A stretch of 43,743 bases of DNA from an uncultured Dehalococcoidia bacterium. Its GTDB lineage: Bacteria > Chloroflexota > Dehalococcoidia > Dehalococcoidales > Fen-1064. The notes under the pieces are model-generated. The model worked only from the letters and a program-made list of their open reading frames with translations. It was not told where the DNA came from and did not search any database. Numbering within the stretch: position 1 is the stretch's first letter; each line of letters begins with the position of its first letter. Made by a program: the position numbers and the translations under genes. Where the stretch lies: the NCBI GenBank assembly GCA_903916765.1, contig CAIWXV010000106.1:1-43743 (forward strand), in the 5' to 3' direction. Shown here one piece after another: positions 25,801-36,420 of this stretch.

Positions 25801-27459
25801 ATGGCAAAATCTAAACTAAAAATTATTCCCCTCGGCGGGCTGGGTGAAATCGGCAAGAACATGATGGTCATGGAATACGAAAACGACATCATTATCATCG
25901 ATGTGGGTTTGATGTTCCCCGAGGAAGAAATGATGGGAATCGACCTCGTCATTCCCGATATCTCTTACTTGATGGATAAGAAAACCAAGATAAGAGGCAT
26001 CATCATCACGCACGGTCATGAAGACCACATCGGAGCACTACCCTATATCTTACCCCAGCTAAATGTTCCGGTTTATTCCACGAAATTAACCAACGGCTTG
26101 ATATCGGTCAAGTTAAAAGAGCAAAAATTGATGGCGTCAGCCGATCTCAGGATAGTACCTCCCGGCGGGAAGATTACACTGGGTACGTTCAAAGTAGAAT
26201 TCTTTCCCGTCTGTCACAGTATCCCGGATGCGGTCGGTTTCATCATTAACACACCTGCGGGAACAATCGTCCACAGCGGTGATTTCAAAGTTGATTACAC
26301 ACCGATAGGCAGTAAGCCTACCGACTTATCCCGTTTGGCACAAGCCGGTAAGCAAGGAGTCTTGCTACTACTATCCGATTCCACTTATGCAGAACTACCG
26401 GGATATACACCTTCGGAACGTATCGTCGGAGAAACCTTCGACCGTATTATGGCAGAAGCTACCGGCAGAGTGATTATCGCTACCTTCTCATCTTTGATTT
26501 CACGAATTCAACAGGTAATCGATGCGGCTGAAAAACATAACCGGCGCGTCTGTATCGTAGGACGCAATATGACGGAAATCGTCCGTATGGCGCTCGATTT
26601 GGGTTATCTGAAAACATCTCCAAAAACGCTGGTGAGCATCGAAGAAATAAAAGGGATACCACATGACCGCCTTGCTTTCGTCACCACCGGTACACAGGGA
26701 GAACCCACCTCTGCGCTGGTACGCATGGCCAACCAGGACCATCGCCAAATACGCATCATACCCGGAGATACCGTGGTAATATCAGCGACTCCAATACCGG
26801 GTAATGAAGCCGTGGTAGCACGCACCATAGATAATCTTTTCAAACAAGGTGCCCAGGTACTTTATAACAGTATTGCCCCGGTACATGTTCACGGACATGC
26901 CAGTCAGGAAGAGCTGAAACTTCTACTCAATATCGTAAAACCGAAGTTTTTCCTCCCGATTCATGGAGAATACCGACATCTCAGTCTGCATTCCAAATTA
27001 GCACAATCAGTCGGGATTCCCAAGAATAATATCTTCGTAATGGAAGACGGTAATGTGCTGGAACTCGATAGTGATAACGCAAAAATTACCGGACGCCTTC
27101 CATCGAGCAACGTCTATGTCGATGGGCTCAGTGTGGGCGGTATCGATAATGTCGTATTGCGTGACCGTCAAATGCTATCTCGTGACGGCATTGTGATAGT
27201 GATCATCGCTATGAATCGGCAGACAGGGAAATTGGTAGGTAAACCGGATATCGTTTCACGCGGTTTCGTCGACCCTCAGGGATCCAACGAAATACTGGAA
27301 AAAAGCCGCGATCTGGTGATGCAAGTACTGGACCATAGCGGAGCGCACCCGGCAGAATGGAGTTTTGTCAACACTAAGGTAAGAGACACATTATATAAAT
27401 TCTACTACGAACAAACCAAGCGTCATCCGATGATTCTACCATTTATGGTAAAAGTATAG
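25801..27459 (+). CDS. rnj: Ribonuclease J
   Basis: Starts MAKSKLKIIPLGGLGEIGKNMM, with the metallo-beta-lactamase motif HGHEDHIGALPY and beta-CASP and C-terminal domains. The ORF-track N-terminal extension from 25633 overlaps the preceding gene and is not homologous. Confidence 0.92.
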   Translation: MAKSKLKIIPLGGLGEIGKNMMVMEYENDIIIIDVGLMFPEEEMMGIDLVIPDISYLMDKKTKIRGIIITHGHEDHIGALPYILPQLNVPVYSTKLTNGLISVKLKEQKLMASADLRIVPPGGKITLGTFKVEFFPVCHSIPDAVGFIINTPAGTIVHSGDFKVDYTPIGSKPTDLSRLAQAGKQGVLLLLSDSTYAELPGYTPSERIVGETFDRIMAEATGRVIIATFSSLISRIQQVIDAAEKHNRRVCIVGRNMTEIVRMALDLGYLKTSPKTLVSIEEIKGIPHDRLAFVTTGTQGEPTSALVRMANQDHRQIRIIPGDTVVISATPIPGNEAVVARTIDNLFKQGAQVLYNSIAPVHVHGHASQEELKLLLNIVKPKFFLPIHGEYRHLSLHSKLAQSVGIPKNNIFVMEDGNVLELDSDNAKITGRLPSSNVYVDGLSVGGIDNVVLRDRQMLSRDGIVIVIIAMNRQTGKLVGKPDIVSRGFVDPQGSNEILEKSRDLVMQVLDHSGAHPAEWSFVNTKVRDTLYKFYYEQTKRHPMILPFMVKV

Positions 27460-27482
27460 TATAGTACACTCAGGTAACAGAT

Positions 27483-29684
27483 ATGCCCAAAAAAGGTAAA
27501 AGCTCAACAGGGAAAGGTCAGGGAGTATCACGCTGGGACTGGTTATTTTATACCGTCCTGGGGATTCTGGTAATCCTAGCGCTCACTATCGTGCCATGGG
27601 TAGAAGTCGGTGACTGGTTTTCAAATATTTGGGCTGGCGTCTGGGATGTAATCGGCTGGGGTATTATCTTCATAGCACTGGCTTTATTGACACTCATCGT
27701 ATTGATTGCAATTAGAAAAGTTACGTCTCTTTTCAGACACTGGATGAAATGGCTGGGTGTTATTTCTCTCATCTTCGCTGCCTGGGGAATACTGACCTTT
27801 TTCGACCTCGGCGGTTCTTTTGGAATCGGTATTATCGGCGATCAGAATTTCCCGGGTGCAATGAGAATTTTTGCCCTCTTGCTGGCAAGCTTACTATTAA
27901 TGGCACCGCAATTACTCATTTACTTCGTGAAGTGGGTTACAAGAACGATTGCAAACGCACGTAACCGGAGGCGTCAGAAAGCGGCAATGAAACCCATCAC
28001 CTACAAAAAGATCTCTCTACCCCTTAAAGAAACTGCCTCTGTCACTAAACCAACCGAGCTGGAAACACCCGCTCCCAAAGAAAGTAAAGCTACCACAAAA
28101 GAGAAGGAAACTCCTGCCGCTCCGGCACAAAAAGGTTTGCGTCAGATAGCCCAGGATGTCTGGAAAAAATACGGGCAATCTTCCGCCGCCAAAGAAGTCG
28201 ACGGCTGGCGATTGCCGCCAATCGATATTCTGGATGACATCTCAGAGGTTGAGGTTGGGCAGGCTGACAATGTACAGAGGGCAAGACGAATCGAGGAAGC
28301 TCTTAAAAGCTATGGGGTAGAAGCAAAGGTCGTACAGATTAATGCCGGCCCGACTGTAACTCAGTTTGGCATCGAACCGGGCTGGGATATTAAGACAAGA
28401 GAAATCAAAGAGCGGGACAAAGACGGCTCTGTCCAGACCAGATTGGAAGAAGTCTCTCGCACTAGAGTTAAGGTAGATAGGATTACATCACTTGGTAATG
28501 ACCTTGCACTCGCCCTAGCAGCATCCAGCATCCGCATCGAAGCTCCTGTACCGGGTAAAGCAATCATCGGAATCGAGGTACCGAATACAGTATCCAGCGC
28601 TGTTAGCTTACGCGGCGTGATTGAAACCAGTGTTTTCCAGAAGCTGGCCGCAAAATCAAAATTATCCGTGGCTCTTGGTAAGGGAGCCGGTGGTGAAGCC
28701 GGTGCTGCCGACCTCGCGAAAATGCCTCATCTGCTTATCGCCGGGGCTACCGGCAGCGGCAAAACCGTCTGTCTCAATGCGATTATTGCCTGTCTTTTAA
28801 TGCAGAATACTCCTGATGAGATTCGTCTCATAATGATTGACCCCAAGAGGGTGGAACTGACACCTTACAATAGCATTCCTCAATTGGCCGTACCGGTCAT
28901 TGTCGACACCGAAAAAGCAATCGAAGCCCTGCGCTGGCTGAATCAAGAGATGGACAACCGTTATCAGCAACTTGCCAAAGTGGGGGTGCGAAATATCGAA
29001 GGCTACAATAAAACCCGAACGGGCAAAGATAAAATGCCCTATTTGATTCTCGTTATCGATGAATTAGCCGATCTGATGATGGCCGGTTTCGATGAAGTGG
29101 AACATATCCTCTGTCGTCTTGCCCAGCTTGCCCGCGCCATCGGTATTCATCTCATCGTCGCGACACAACGTCCCTCAGTAGATGTGGTAACCGGTCTGAT
29201 TAAAGCAAACTTCCCTACCCGTCTCAGTTTTGCAGTCACTTCACAGGTGGACTCACGTACTATCCTGGATTCTGTCGGCGCAGAAAAACTCCTCGGCAGA
29301 GGCGATATGCTTTATATGCCTACCGATGCCGCCAAACCGAAAAGACTGCAGGGATGCTTTGTTGCCGACGCAGAAATAGAAAGATTAGTGTATTTCTGGA
29401 GCAGTCAGAATGTAGAGGAAGTGGCGCCTCTGAAGATAGAAGCCTTACCGACTACTACCGGACATGGTGCTCACGAACCACCCAAAGACGTACTGATGGA
29501 AGAAGCAAAGAAGATAGCCCTGGAACATGGCGGGCAAATTTCTACATCATTCCTGCAGAGACGCTTACAAATAGGGTATCCCAGAGCCGCCCGTCTTAAA
29601 GAATTACTCGACGAGGAACTGGCAAAAGAAGGCCTCCGGACATCACCGCCTCCGCCGCCAGAGGAAGAACCTCCACTTCAATGA
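27483..29684 (+). CDS. ftsK: DNA translocase FtsK/SpoIIIE
   Basis: N-terminal TM helices, linker, motor domain with GATGSGKTV and DELADLM, and a C-terminal winged-helix gamma domain. Confidence 0.92.
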   Translation: MPKKGKSSTGKGQGVSRWDWLFYTVLGILVILALTIVPWVEVGDWFSNIWAGVWDVIGWGIIFIALALLTLIVLIAIRKVTSLFRHWMKWLGVISLIFAAWGILTFFDLGGSFGIGIIGDQNFPGAMRIFALLLASLLLMAPQLLIYFVKWVTRTIANARNRRRQKAAMKPITYKKISLPLKETASVTKPTELETPAPKESKATTKEKETPAAPAQKGLRQIAQDVWKKYGQSSAAKEVDGWRLPPIDILDDISEVEVGQADNVQRARRIEEALKSYGVEAKVVQINAGPTVTQFGIEPGWDIKTREIKERDKDGSVQTRLEEVSRTRVKVDRITSLGNDLALALAASSIRIEAPVPGKAIIGIEVPNTVSSAVSLRGVIETSVFQKLAAKSKLSVALGKGAGGEAGAADLAKMPHLLIAGATGSGKTVCLNAIIACLLMQNTPDEIRLIMIDPKRVELTPYNSIPQLAVPVIVDTEKAIEALRWLNQEMDNRYQQLAKVGVRNIEGYNKTRTGKDKMPYLILVIDELADLMMAGFDEVEHILCRLAQLARAIGIHLIVATQRPSVDVVTGLIKANFPTRLSFAVTSQVDSRTILDSVGAEKLLGRGDMLYMPTDAAKPKRLQGCFVADAEIERLVYFWSSQNVEEVAPLKIEALPTTTGHGAHEPPKDVLMEEAKKIALEHGGQISTSFLQRRLQIGYPRAARLKELLDEELAKEGLRTSPPPPPEEEPPLQ

Positions 29685-29726
29685 ACTGCTAATGTAGGGT
29701 CGGAGTAGAAACCTATCCCGACAAAT

Positions 29727-29762
29727 ACGAAAACAAAAGAGGAAGAGTTAAACTCTCCCTCT
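29727..29762 (-). terminator. Terminator downstream of etfA
   Basis: Minus strand: AGAGGGAGAGT-tta-ACTCTTCCTCT (one mismatch) followed by TTTGTTTTCG. Confidence 0.6.
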
Positions 29763-29787
29763 TTCTGAAATCCGGTCCAGAATAATT

Positions 29788-30786
29788 CTACTTGCCGAGT
29801 AATTCCTTTGCCTTCGCATGGAAAGCAGGAATAATCTTCTTCCAATCGCCGACAACACCAAAACGAGCCTCTTTGAAGATGTTAGCCTCCGGATCGCGAT
29901 TGATAGCAATGATATTCTTGGAACCGGAACAACCCGCAAGGTGCTGACTGGAACCGGAAAGAGCCACTGCAATATAGACATCCGGTGATACAATCTTGCC
30001 GGTCAAACCAATCTGGATGGTATCAGACACCCAGCCATTATCGCAAGGCGGTCGGCTGGCGCCCACTGCACCCTTAAGCAGTTTAGCTAATTCTTCCAAT
30101 TGCTTGAAGCCGTCTGCGCCACCGATACCCCTACCGCCTGACACAATAACAGGAGCATCTTCCAACTTGACACCCTCGACTTCCTGCACAACTTTCTGCA
30201 AGAGGTTTGTCTTGATAGCGGCGGCATCCAATCCGGCAGCAACGGTAACAACTTCACCTTTTCTGGCATTATCCGGAACCAGAGCAGACATCGCTTTGGC
30301 CCTGACCGTTGCCATCTGCGGCGAGGTCTCCATGGTAAAAATTGCCTGGGCATTTCCGCCATAAACCGGTTTGGTCTGCAAGAGTAATTTCGAAGATGTG
30401 TCTATTTCCAGAGCGACACAGTCCAATGTCACTGCGGTGCCTAATCTGAAAGCAGCACGCGGTGCCAGGTCGCGCCCGATAGTAGTCTGACCCAGTAACA
30501 AAATCCGCGGGTTCGCTTGCTTAGCAACCTTCTCGACAACCGCAACATAAGCATCGGTCCTATAATCTTTCAGAAGCGCATCATCAACGACGTAAACCTT
30601 ATCGGCACCGAAGGCAATGGCTTCAGCTGCAAAACTCGCCACACCACTGCCCACCAGAAGAGCACTTAACTCTTCTTTAAGCTCATCAGCCAGTTTCCTG
30701 CCGCAGCCTAACAATTCTTTGGCAATAGGAGCTAATTTACCCTCGACCACTTCCGTAAAAATCATAACGCCTTTATTATCAGCCAT
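29788..30786 (-). CDS. etfA: Electron transfer flavoprotein subunit alpha
   Basis: 332 aa with the FAD-binding C-terminal domain (GISGAIQH-like VALSGSSQHLAG), adjacent to etfB. Confidence 0.9.
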   Translation of the reverse strand: MADNKGVMIFTEVVEGKLAPIAKELLGCGRKLADELKEELSALLVGSGVASFAAEAIAFGADKVYVVDDALLKDYRTDAYVAVVEKVAKQANPRILLLGQTTIGRDLAPRAAFRLGTAVTLDCVALEIDTSSKLLLQTKPVYGGNAQAIFTMETSPQMATVRAKAMSALVPDNARKGEVVTVAAGLDAAAIKTNLLQKVVQEVEGVKLEDAPVIVSGGRGIGGADGFKQLEELAKLLKGAVGASRPPCDNGWVSDTIQIGLTGKIVSPDVYIAVALSGSSQHLAGCSGSKNIIAINRDPEANIFKEARFGVVGDWKKIIPAFHAKAKELLGK

Positions 30787-30832
30787 TGTTTTTCTCCTTA
30801 ATTCAAACTACCCGTCAGTCACCGGAGGGACT

Positions 30833-31633
30833 TCAGAGCAGTTTTACCTCCATGAGTTTTTTGGCGAGATTAGCCGCGGCATCCTCTTCATTTTCACCGG
30901 TAACAATTTCGCATTTACCCTCACGGACAGGCTGGAAGAGTTTGTGCATTTTGGTACGACGGCCGGCAACTCCGATTTTAGCGGTATCGGCACCGATATC
31001 AGCCGGTTTCCAGATAATCAGCTCCTTGCGCTTCGCCGCCATAATGCCCTTAATAGTAGCGTAACGTGCCGCCCCAAGCTCATTACTGACTGTAATCAGT
31101 GCCGGCATGGTAGCCTCGATAACCTCATAGCCGTCAGCAGTTACTTTTTCCACCTTGACCTTGTTATCAACAACCTCTACCTTCTTGGCAACGGTAATCT
31201 GGGGTAATCCCAGTATTTCGGCGATACAAGAACCCACCTGACCGGAATCCCAGTCAGCTGCTTGACGTCCACAGAAGATCAGGTCGAACTGACCGATTTT
31301 CTTAATCGCTATCGCCAGCGCATAAGCCGTCGACCAGCTATCGCCATCGACAAAAGCGGGGTCTTCCAACAAAACAAGCTCATCGGCACCCATAGACAAA
31401 GGTTTCTTCACGACATCTCTCAACAGATTCGCACCCAAACTGATAATGGTAACTTTACCGCCTTTAGCATCCTTAATCCTCAGTGCTGCTTCAACAGCCT
31501 GTTCGTCAAAGGGGCTGATAACCGGCGGGATATTCGTCTGAGGCGCTACTTTATTGGTTGTCGAATCGATTTTAAAACTAGCAGGGGGAGCTTCAGGGTC
31601 AGGAACCTGCTTCACGCAAACAATGATATTCAT
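30833..31633 (-). CDS. etfB: Electron transfer flavoprotein subunit beta
   Basis: N-terminus MNIIVCVKQVPDPEAPP is typical of EtfB/FixA. 266 aa. Confidence 0.9.
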   Translation of the reverse strand: MNIIVCVKQVPDPEAPPASFKIDSTTNKVAPQTNIPPVISPFDEQAVEAALRIKDAKGGKVTIISLGANLLRDVVKKPLSMGADELVLLEDPAFVDGDSWSTAYALAIAIKKIGQFDLIFCGRQAADWDSGQVGSCIAEILGLPQITVAKKVEVVDNKVKVEKVTADGYEVIEATMPALITVSNELGAARYATIKGIMAAKRKELIIWKPADIGADTAKIGVAGRRTKMHKLFQPVREGKCEIVTGENEEDAAANLAKKLMEVKLL

Positions 31634-31766
31634 CTTGTACTATCTCCTCTAGGCCATGAACTCAAAACAAAATTTAAAAACTCTAGATAAATTTAGCATC
31701 AAACCGAGTCCAGCGTCAAGTCGGTCATTCGGCGTACGGGAAGATACTACCCATCGCATTTTTCTA

Positions 31767-32609
31767 CTATCGAGGCAATGTTAGACAAACAACTCGCTTA
31801 ATGCCGCTTAAGTCAGTGATGACTTCGATATACGCTGACGGGAAGATACTACGGAGAAGATTCGTAACTGCTTCGCTTTGCCCCATTCCTATCTCCATCA
31901 ACAGACAGCCGAGTGGCTTTATTTTCTCACGTACTTGAAAACAAAGACGTCGTATCATATCCAGACCATCAATACCGCCATCGAGTGCTAAAGGCGGCTC
32001 AAAACCGATTGTATTAACTCGAGGTAAATCGGCAGTCCTGACATAAGGGAGATTAGTAACGATGATATCGGCAGGTTCGGAGAGGGGTTCAAGCATATTC
32101 CCGATGAGGAAACGGACTCTATTCTGAACACTGTGTTTCCGACAATTACGTTTTGCGACGGCTACTGCCGCCTCAGAAATATCGACGGCATCGATATGGG
32201 CATCGGGTAAACTGAGCGCCAGACTGATCGCAATAGCACCACATCCGGTACCGATATCTGCAATAAGCGGAGCGGAATATTTTCTACTACGGGTAATCGC
32301 TTGTTCCACCAGTAGTTCTGTTTCAGGGCGGGGAATCAAAACATTATTATCGACCAAAAAATCCAGACCAAAAAATTCACGGTGCCCGGTGATATAAGCA
32401 CTCGGCTCACCTTTCAAACGGCGCTCGATACACTGCCGATAAGATTCTTCCTGTTGTGGAGTTAATTCACGGTCGAATTCAGTATAAAGCAGAGTACGGT
32501 CAATCCTGAGGATATGTCTTAAAAGTAATTCGGCTTCCAGAGAAGCGGATTCAATATTGTTAGCAACCAGCAGCTCTCTAGCCCGACTGAGAGCCTGTCG
32601 CCTCGTCAT
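31767..32609 (-). CDS. prmC: Peptide chain release factor N5-glutamine methyltransferase
   Basis: SAM motif DIGTGCGAIAISLA and catalytic motif reading NLPY. It overlaps prfA by 4 nt (ATGA). Confidence 0.88.
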   Translation of the reverse strand: MTRRQALSRARELLVANNIESASLEAELLLRHILRIDRTLLYTEFDRELTPQQEESYRQCIERRLKGEPSAYITGHREFFGLDFLVDNNVLIPRPETELLVEQAITRSRKYSAPLIADIGTGCGAIAISLALSLPDAHIDAVDISEAAVAVAKRNCRKHSVQNRVRFLIGNMLEPLSEPADIIVTNLPYVRTADLPRVNTIGFEPPLALDGGIDGLDMIRRLCFQVREKIKPLGCLLMEIGMGQSEAVTNLLRSIFPSAYIEVITDLSGIKRVVCLTLPR

Positions 32610-33676
32610 TCCATCTGTTCCTGCAGTTGTTTTGCCTGTTCCTCAGTTGACAGAGCATCGATAAGCGGGTCTAACTCGCCCTCCATAATTCGAGGCAGGT
32701 TATGAAGTGTTAAGCCAATCCGGTGGTCGGAAAGGCGGTCTTGCGGGAAATTATAAGTACGGATTTTCTCGCTGCGTTCACCGGTACCCACCTGAGAACG
32801 GCGCAGGGAACTCATTTCCTGCTCCTGTTTGGTACGCTCCATATCGAGCAGACGTGAGCGCAGGACTGCCATCGCTTTCTGGCGATTTCTTAGTTGAGAA
32901 CGCTCGTCCTGACAAATCACCACCATACCGGTAGGGAAATGGGTAAGGCGCACCGCCGTTGCCACTTTATTCACATTCTGTCCGCCGGCACCGCCACTGT
33001 GGAAAATATCGACTCTAAGGTCACTGGGGTCAATGGATAAATCCACTTCCTCAGCTTCGGGCAATACTGCCACGGTAGCCGTGGAAGTGTGAATTCTACC
33101 GGAGGACTCGGTTACAGGAACCCTCTGGACACGGTGCACGCCTCTCTCATATTTAAGCCGGCTGAAGACCCCTTTACCACTAATTTCAAGGACGATTTCC
33201 TTAATACCACCGCCGATACTTTCGCTGGTGCTGATGATTTCCACATTCCATCTTTTTAACTGAGCGTAGCGGCTATACATCCGGAAAAGTTCGGCGGCAA
33301 AGATTGAAGCCTCATCGCCACCCGCCCCTGCCCGAATTTCCATAATACTGTCCCTTTCATCGTTCGGGTCTTTAGGTATCAGCGCAACCTTCAATTCTTC
33401 CTGAAGACGATTTTGCTTCTCTTCAAGCTGATGAAGTTCTTCTTTGACCATCGAGAGCATTTCCGCGTCGAGCTTGTCGCTTTGCATGGTCCGCGTCTCT
33501 TCGATCAACTTCGCAGTGACTTTGTAGTCCTGATAAAGCCCCACGATATTATCGAGCGAAGCTTTCTCTTGAGCCAGCTTCGTCACTTGCTTGTGGTCAG
33601 CAGCTATTTCAGGGCTTCCCATCTGATTGACAAGCTCTTCGTATCTTTTATTGATTTGTTCCAGTTTATCCCACAT
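32606..33676 (-). CDS. prfA: Peptide chain release factor 1
   Basis: GGQ motif (SGGAGGQNVNKV) and RF1-type PxT tripeptide (PVT). The start is taken at MWDKLEQI; the ORF track extends 6 codons further. Confidence 0.95.
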   Translation of the reverse strand: MWDKLEQINKRYEELVNQMGSPEIAADHKQVTKLAQEKASLDNIVGLYQDYKVTAKLIEETRTMQSDKLDAEMLSMVKEELHQLEEKQNRLQEELKVALIPKDPNDERDSIMEIRAGAGGDEASIFAAELFRMYSRYAQLKRWNVEIISTSESIGGGIKEIVLEISGKGVFSRLKYERGVHRVQRVPVTESSGRIHTSTATVAVLPEAEEVDLSIDPSDLRVDIFHSGGAGGQNVNKVATAVRLTHFPTGMVVICQDERSQLRNRQKAMAVLRSRLLDMERTKQEQEMSSLRRSQVGTGERSEKIRTYNFPQDRLSDHRIGLTLHNLPRIMEGELDPLIDALSTEEQAKQLQEQME

Positions 33677-33739
33677 CGTAATAACCCAACACAAAAATTA
33701 TAACATAGGGATAGTGAGAGCGAGAAAAATTGAGGGTTG

Positions 33740-34837
33740 CTAGGTATTTCCGACAGTCTCGCCGGGCAAGACGCGAGCGCCCGGTTTGAGTTTGCAACCC
33801 GCATCGACTGTGACATGGTCGCCAAGCACTGCATCAACCAGATAGCTATCATCGCCGATGTCACAATTATCCGCTAATACAGAACTCTTGATAATGGCTC
33901 TCTGCTCGATAGCAACATCATGCCAGAGCACAGAGTCCGCAATTACCGCATTTTCCAGAATCGTACAATGGGGTCCAATGACCACCGGTCCTGTTAGCCT
34001 CACCCCATGCCCAACAACACAATTATCGCCGATAATCACCTTCCCACTGAACTGCACCGAGGGGTGAATATCGCACTTATCGCCGATGGTAACGTCTTTT
34101 TCAAATAAGCGGTTATCGCACTTACCGCTCAGAATGTCACGGTGTAACTGCAAATATTTCTCCGGCGTCCCCATATCCATCCAGTAGTTATCAAAGGAGT
34201 AAGCATAAACCGACTTGGTGTCTGCTAGCATTGGCGGGAAAACTTCGCGTTCAAAGCTATACTTGGTATCCGGCGGTATCCGCTGAAGAACTTCAGACTC
34301 AAGGACGTAGGTACCGGCATTTATCATATTGGTAGTAACTTCTTCCGGTTTCGGTTTCTCCGTAAAACGCTTCACTTTGCCGCGGGAATCAGTTTCGACG
34401 ACTCCGTAAATGGTCGGGTTTTCTACCGGTGTCAGCGCAATCGTGACTTGAGCCTTATGACGACGATGAAATTTAACCATACTCGTGAAATCACAATTAT
34501 GGAAGATATCGCCGTTGAGCACCAGAAAGGTGCCGTCAAGGTATTTCTCGACATTCTTCACAGCGCCGGCAGTACCTCTGGGGCTCTCTTCCATTACATA
34601 TCTCAATCTGACCCCAAACTTACTGCCGTCACCGAAGTAATCCTGCATAGACTCAGCAAGATAGTATTGTGCCAGTATAATCTCCGATATATTGTGCCCT
34701 CCGAGATTACGGATAACATGCTCCAGAAAGGGGACATTCACGGTGGGCACCATCGGTTTGGGCGTATTGTAGGTCAGGGGACGCAATCTGGTTCCGTGCC
34801 CGCCTACCAGGATAACCGCTTTCAATTTATCTTTCAC
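33740..34837 (-). CDS. NDP-sugar pyrophosphorylase (mannose-1-phosphate guanylyltransferase-like) with a C-terminal left-handed beta-helix
   Basis: N-terminal GGHGTRLRPLT nucleotidyltransferase motif and C-terminal hexapeptide-repeat region. The start is uncertain (GTG at 34837 or TTG four codons downstream). Confidence 0.85.
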   Translation of the reverse strand: MKDKLKAVILVGGHGTRLRPLTYNTPKPMVPTVNVPFLEHVIRNLGGHNISEIILAQYYLAESMQDYFGDGSKFGVRLRYVMEESPRGTAGAVKNVEKYLDGTFLVLNGDIFHNCDFTSMVKFHRRHKAQVTIALTPVENPTIYGVVETDSRGKVKRFTEKPKPEEVTTNMINAGTYVLESEVLQRIPPDTKYSFEREVFPPMLADTKSVYAYSFDNYWMDMGTPEKYLQLHRDILSGKCDNRLFEKDVTIGDKCDIHPSVQFSGKVIIGDNCVVGHGVRLTGPVVIGPHCTILENAVIADSVLWHDVAIEQRAIIKSSVLADNCDIGDDSYLVDAVLGDHVTVDAGCKLKPGARVLPGETVGNT

Positions 34838-34874
34838 TCCCTCGATACCTGATTCCGGCTACATTTTAACACAA

Positions 34875-35615
34875 TTAACTTCCGGCGCTTCTCTTCAGCG
34901 TAAACGCCGTGATGAGAGAGATACCCACTGCAAAAGCAACCAGTATCCCCAGGTCAAAACCGACTTCAATCAAGCTCTTGCCCTGCAGCATTATCTCTCT
35001 CAAGCCATCCACCGCATAAGTCAGCGGCAGGAACTTTGCCACCCATTGTAGAGCGGTGGACATTTGCTCTACGGGCCAGAGTACGCCGCAGAGAAAAACC
35101 TGCGGTAAAATAATGAGCGGGATGAACTGTACCATCTGAAATTCGTTGCGGGCGAAGGTAGAGATGAAAATGCCCAGATTGATAGCACATATCAATACTA
35201 ATATCTGAAAAACAAAGATTTGCCACAGGTCGCCGGTATAATGAACATCCAGAACATAGATTGTATAGAACAAAATAATCACCGTCTGCGCCAGGGCAAA
35301 AATAAAGAATCCGAATAGATACCCGAGAACAATATCCGACCGGGAAACCGGCGAAGCCATCAGGCGTTCCAGCGTTCCCTGAGAACGCTCTCTGAGGAAG
35401 CTGATGCCGGTGAGCAGGAAACCAAAGAAGATTGCCAGTGTTGCCAGAAGCGCCGGTGCAATGTAATCCAGCATTCCCATTTCTTTCGGGAAGCTCAGCC
35501 AGATAAGCGTCATCACGACAATCGGCACAATCATTATCAAGGCAAAGGTGCGGCGGTCGCGTACCACCTGATTGAAAATTCTGCCGGCAATAGTAAGAGC
35601 ATGGCTAGGCATCAT
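34875..35615 (-). CDS. ABC-2 type transporter permease
   Basis: Six hydrophobic segments and an ABC-2 type N-terminus (IFNQVVRDRRTFALIMIVPIV). The start at MMPSH overlaps the ATPase stop. Confidence 0.8.
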   Translation of the reverse strand: MMPSHALTIAGRIFNQVVRDRRTFALIMIVPIVVMTLIWLSFPKEMGMLDYIAPALLATLAIFFGFLLTGISFLRERSQGTLERLMASPVSRSDIVLGYLFGFFIFALAQTVIILFYTIYVLDVHYTGDLWQIFVFQILVLICAINLGIFISTFARNEFQMVQFIPLIILPQVFLCGVLWPVEQMSTALQWVAKFLPLTYAVDGLREIMLQGKSLIEVGFDLGILVAFAVGISLITAFTLKRSAGS

Positions 35616-36363
35616 TCTTCCCCTCACGCCGGACGAAATAAAGGAAAGCCTCTTCCAGCGTAGCATCGGGTTTACCGGTTGCTTGGCAGAGCTGCAGCGG
35701 TGTTCCCTCGGCGATGACCCTGCCACTGCGTAAAAATGCCAGCCGGTTACAGTGAGCGGCATCGTCCATCGTGTGACTGGAAACGATGATAGTAACACCA
35801 CGACTATTCAAATTTGCAAAGTGTTGCCAGAAATTAGCCCTCAATTCCGGGTCGAGACCAACCGTAGGCTCATCCAGAAAAAGTAACGGCGGATTATGGA
35901 CGATAGCACAGGCGAGACTGACCCTCTGTTTCATTCCCCCGCTCAACTTCATAATGCCATCGTTACGACGCTCCCAGAGGTTTACCAGACGGAGTACTTC
36001 TTCCACTCGCTTTGCCCGCTCCGTACGATTCTTCAAACGGTAGATTTTGGCAAAAAAGTCTACATTCTGCGCTACGGACAATTCATTGTAAAGAGAGTGC
36101 TGTTGCGGCATATAGCCGATGAGATGAGCCATTTGTCGGGTAGGATGCTGTCCCAGAAGTTGAATTCTACCTTCTTTTTGCTTCAGAAGCCCGACCAGCA
36201 AACGAATCAACGTTGTCTTGCCGGCGCCATTAGGACCCAGAACTCCGAAGCTGATACCTCGGGGAATTCGTAATGAAAGGTCAGAAAGTGCCTTCAGTTT
36301 TGCATAATTGAAGGACACCTTTTCTACTTCAATCGCCAGTTTATCCGACATCGCATCCAGCAT
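35605..36363 (-). CDS. ABC transporter ATP-binding protein (ABC-2/DrrA-like)
   Basis: Walker A GPNGAGKTT, signature LSGGMKQRVSLACAI, Walker B LFLDEPTVGLD. The start is uncertain (36363 or 36351). Confidence 0.88.
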   Translation of the reverse strand: MLDAMSDKLAIEVEKVSFNYAKLKALSDLSLRIPRGISFGVLGPNGAGKTTLIRLLVGLLKQKEGRIQLLGQHPTRQMAHLIGYMPQQHSLYNELSVAQNVDFFAKIYRLKNRTERAKRVEEVLRLVNLWERRNDGIMKLSGGMKQRVSLACAIVHNPPLLFLDEPTVGLDPELRANFWQHFANLNSRGVTIIVSSHTMDDAAHCNRLAFLRSGRVIAEGTPLQLCQATGKPDATLEEAFLYFVRREGKNDA

Positions 36364-36420
36364 AATTGTAGATAATGATACAAGGATGACAACGGGGAAA
36401 TCAACTATCGTCTCGGAGAT

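Noticed and set aside
30617-31207. 196-aa plus-strand ORF
   Set aside because: It is antisense to the etfA/etfB junction. Both etf genes have clear family signatures and SD sequences.
31736-31852. Exact 15-nt direct repeat ACGGGAAGATACTAC (31736-31750 and 31838-31852), one copy just after the prmC stop and one inside its 3' end
   Set aside because: A single 15-mer coincidence is roughly expected by chance in a window of this size on two strands. The flanks are only weakly similar. It may be a tiny 3'-end duplication, but I see no functional implication.
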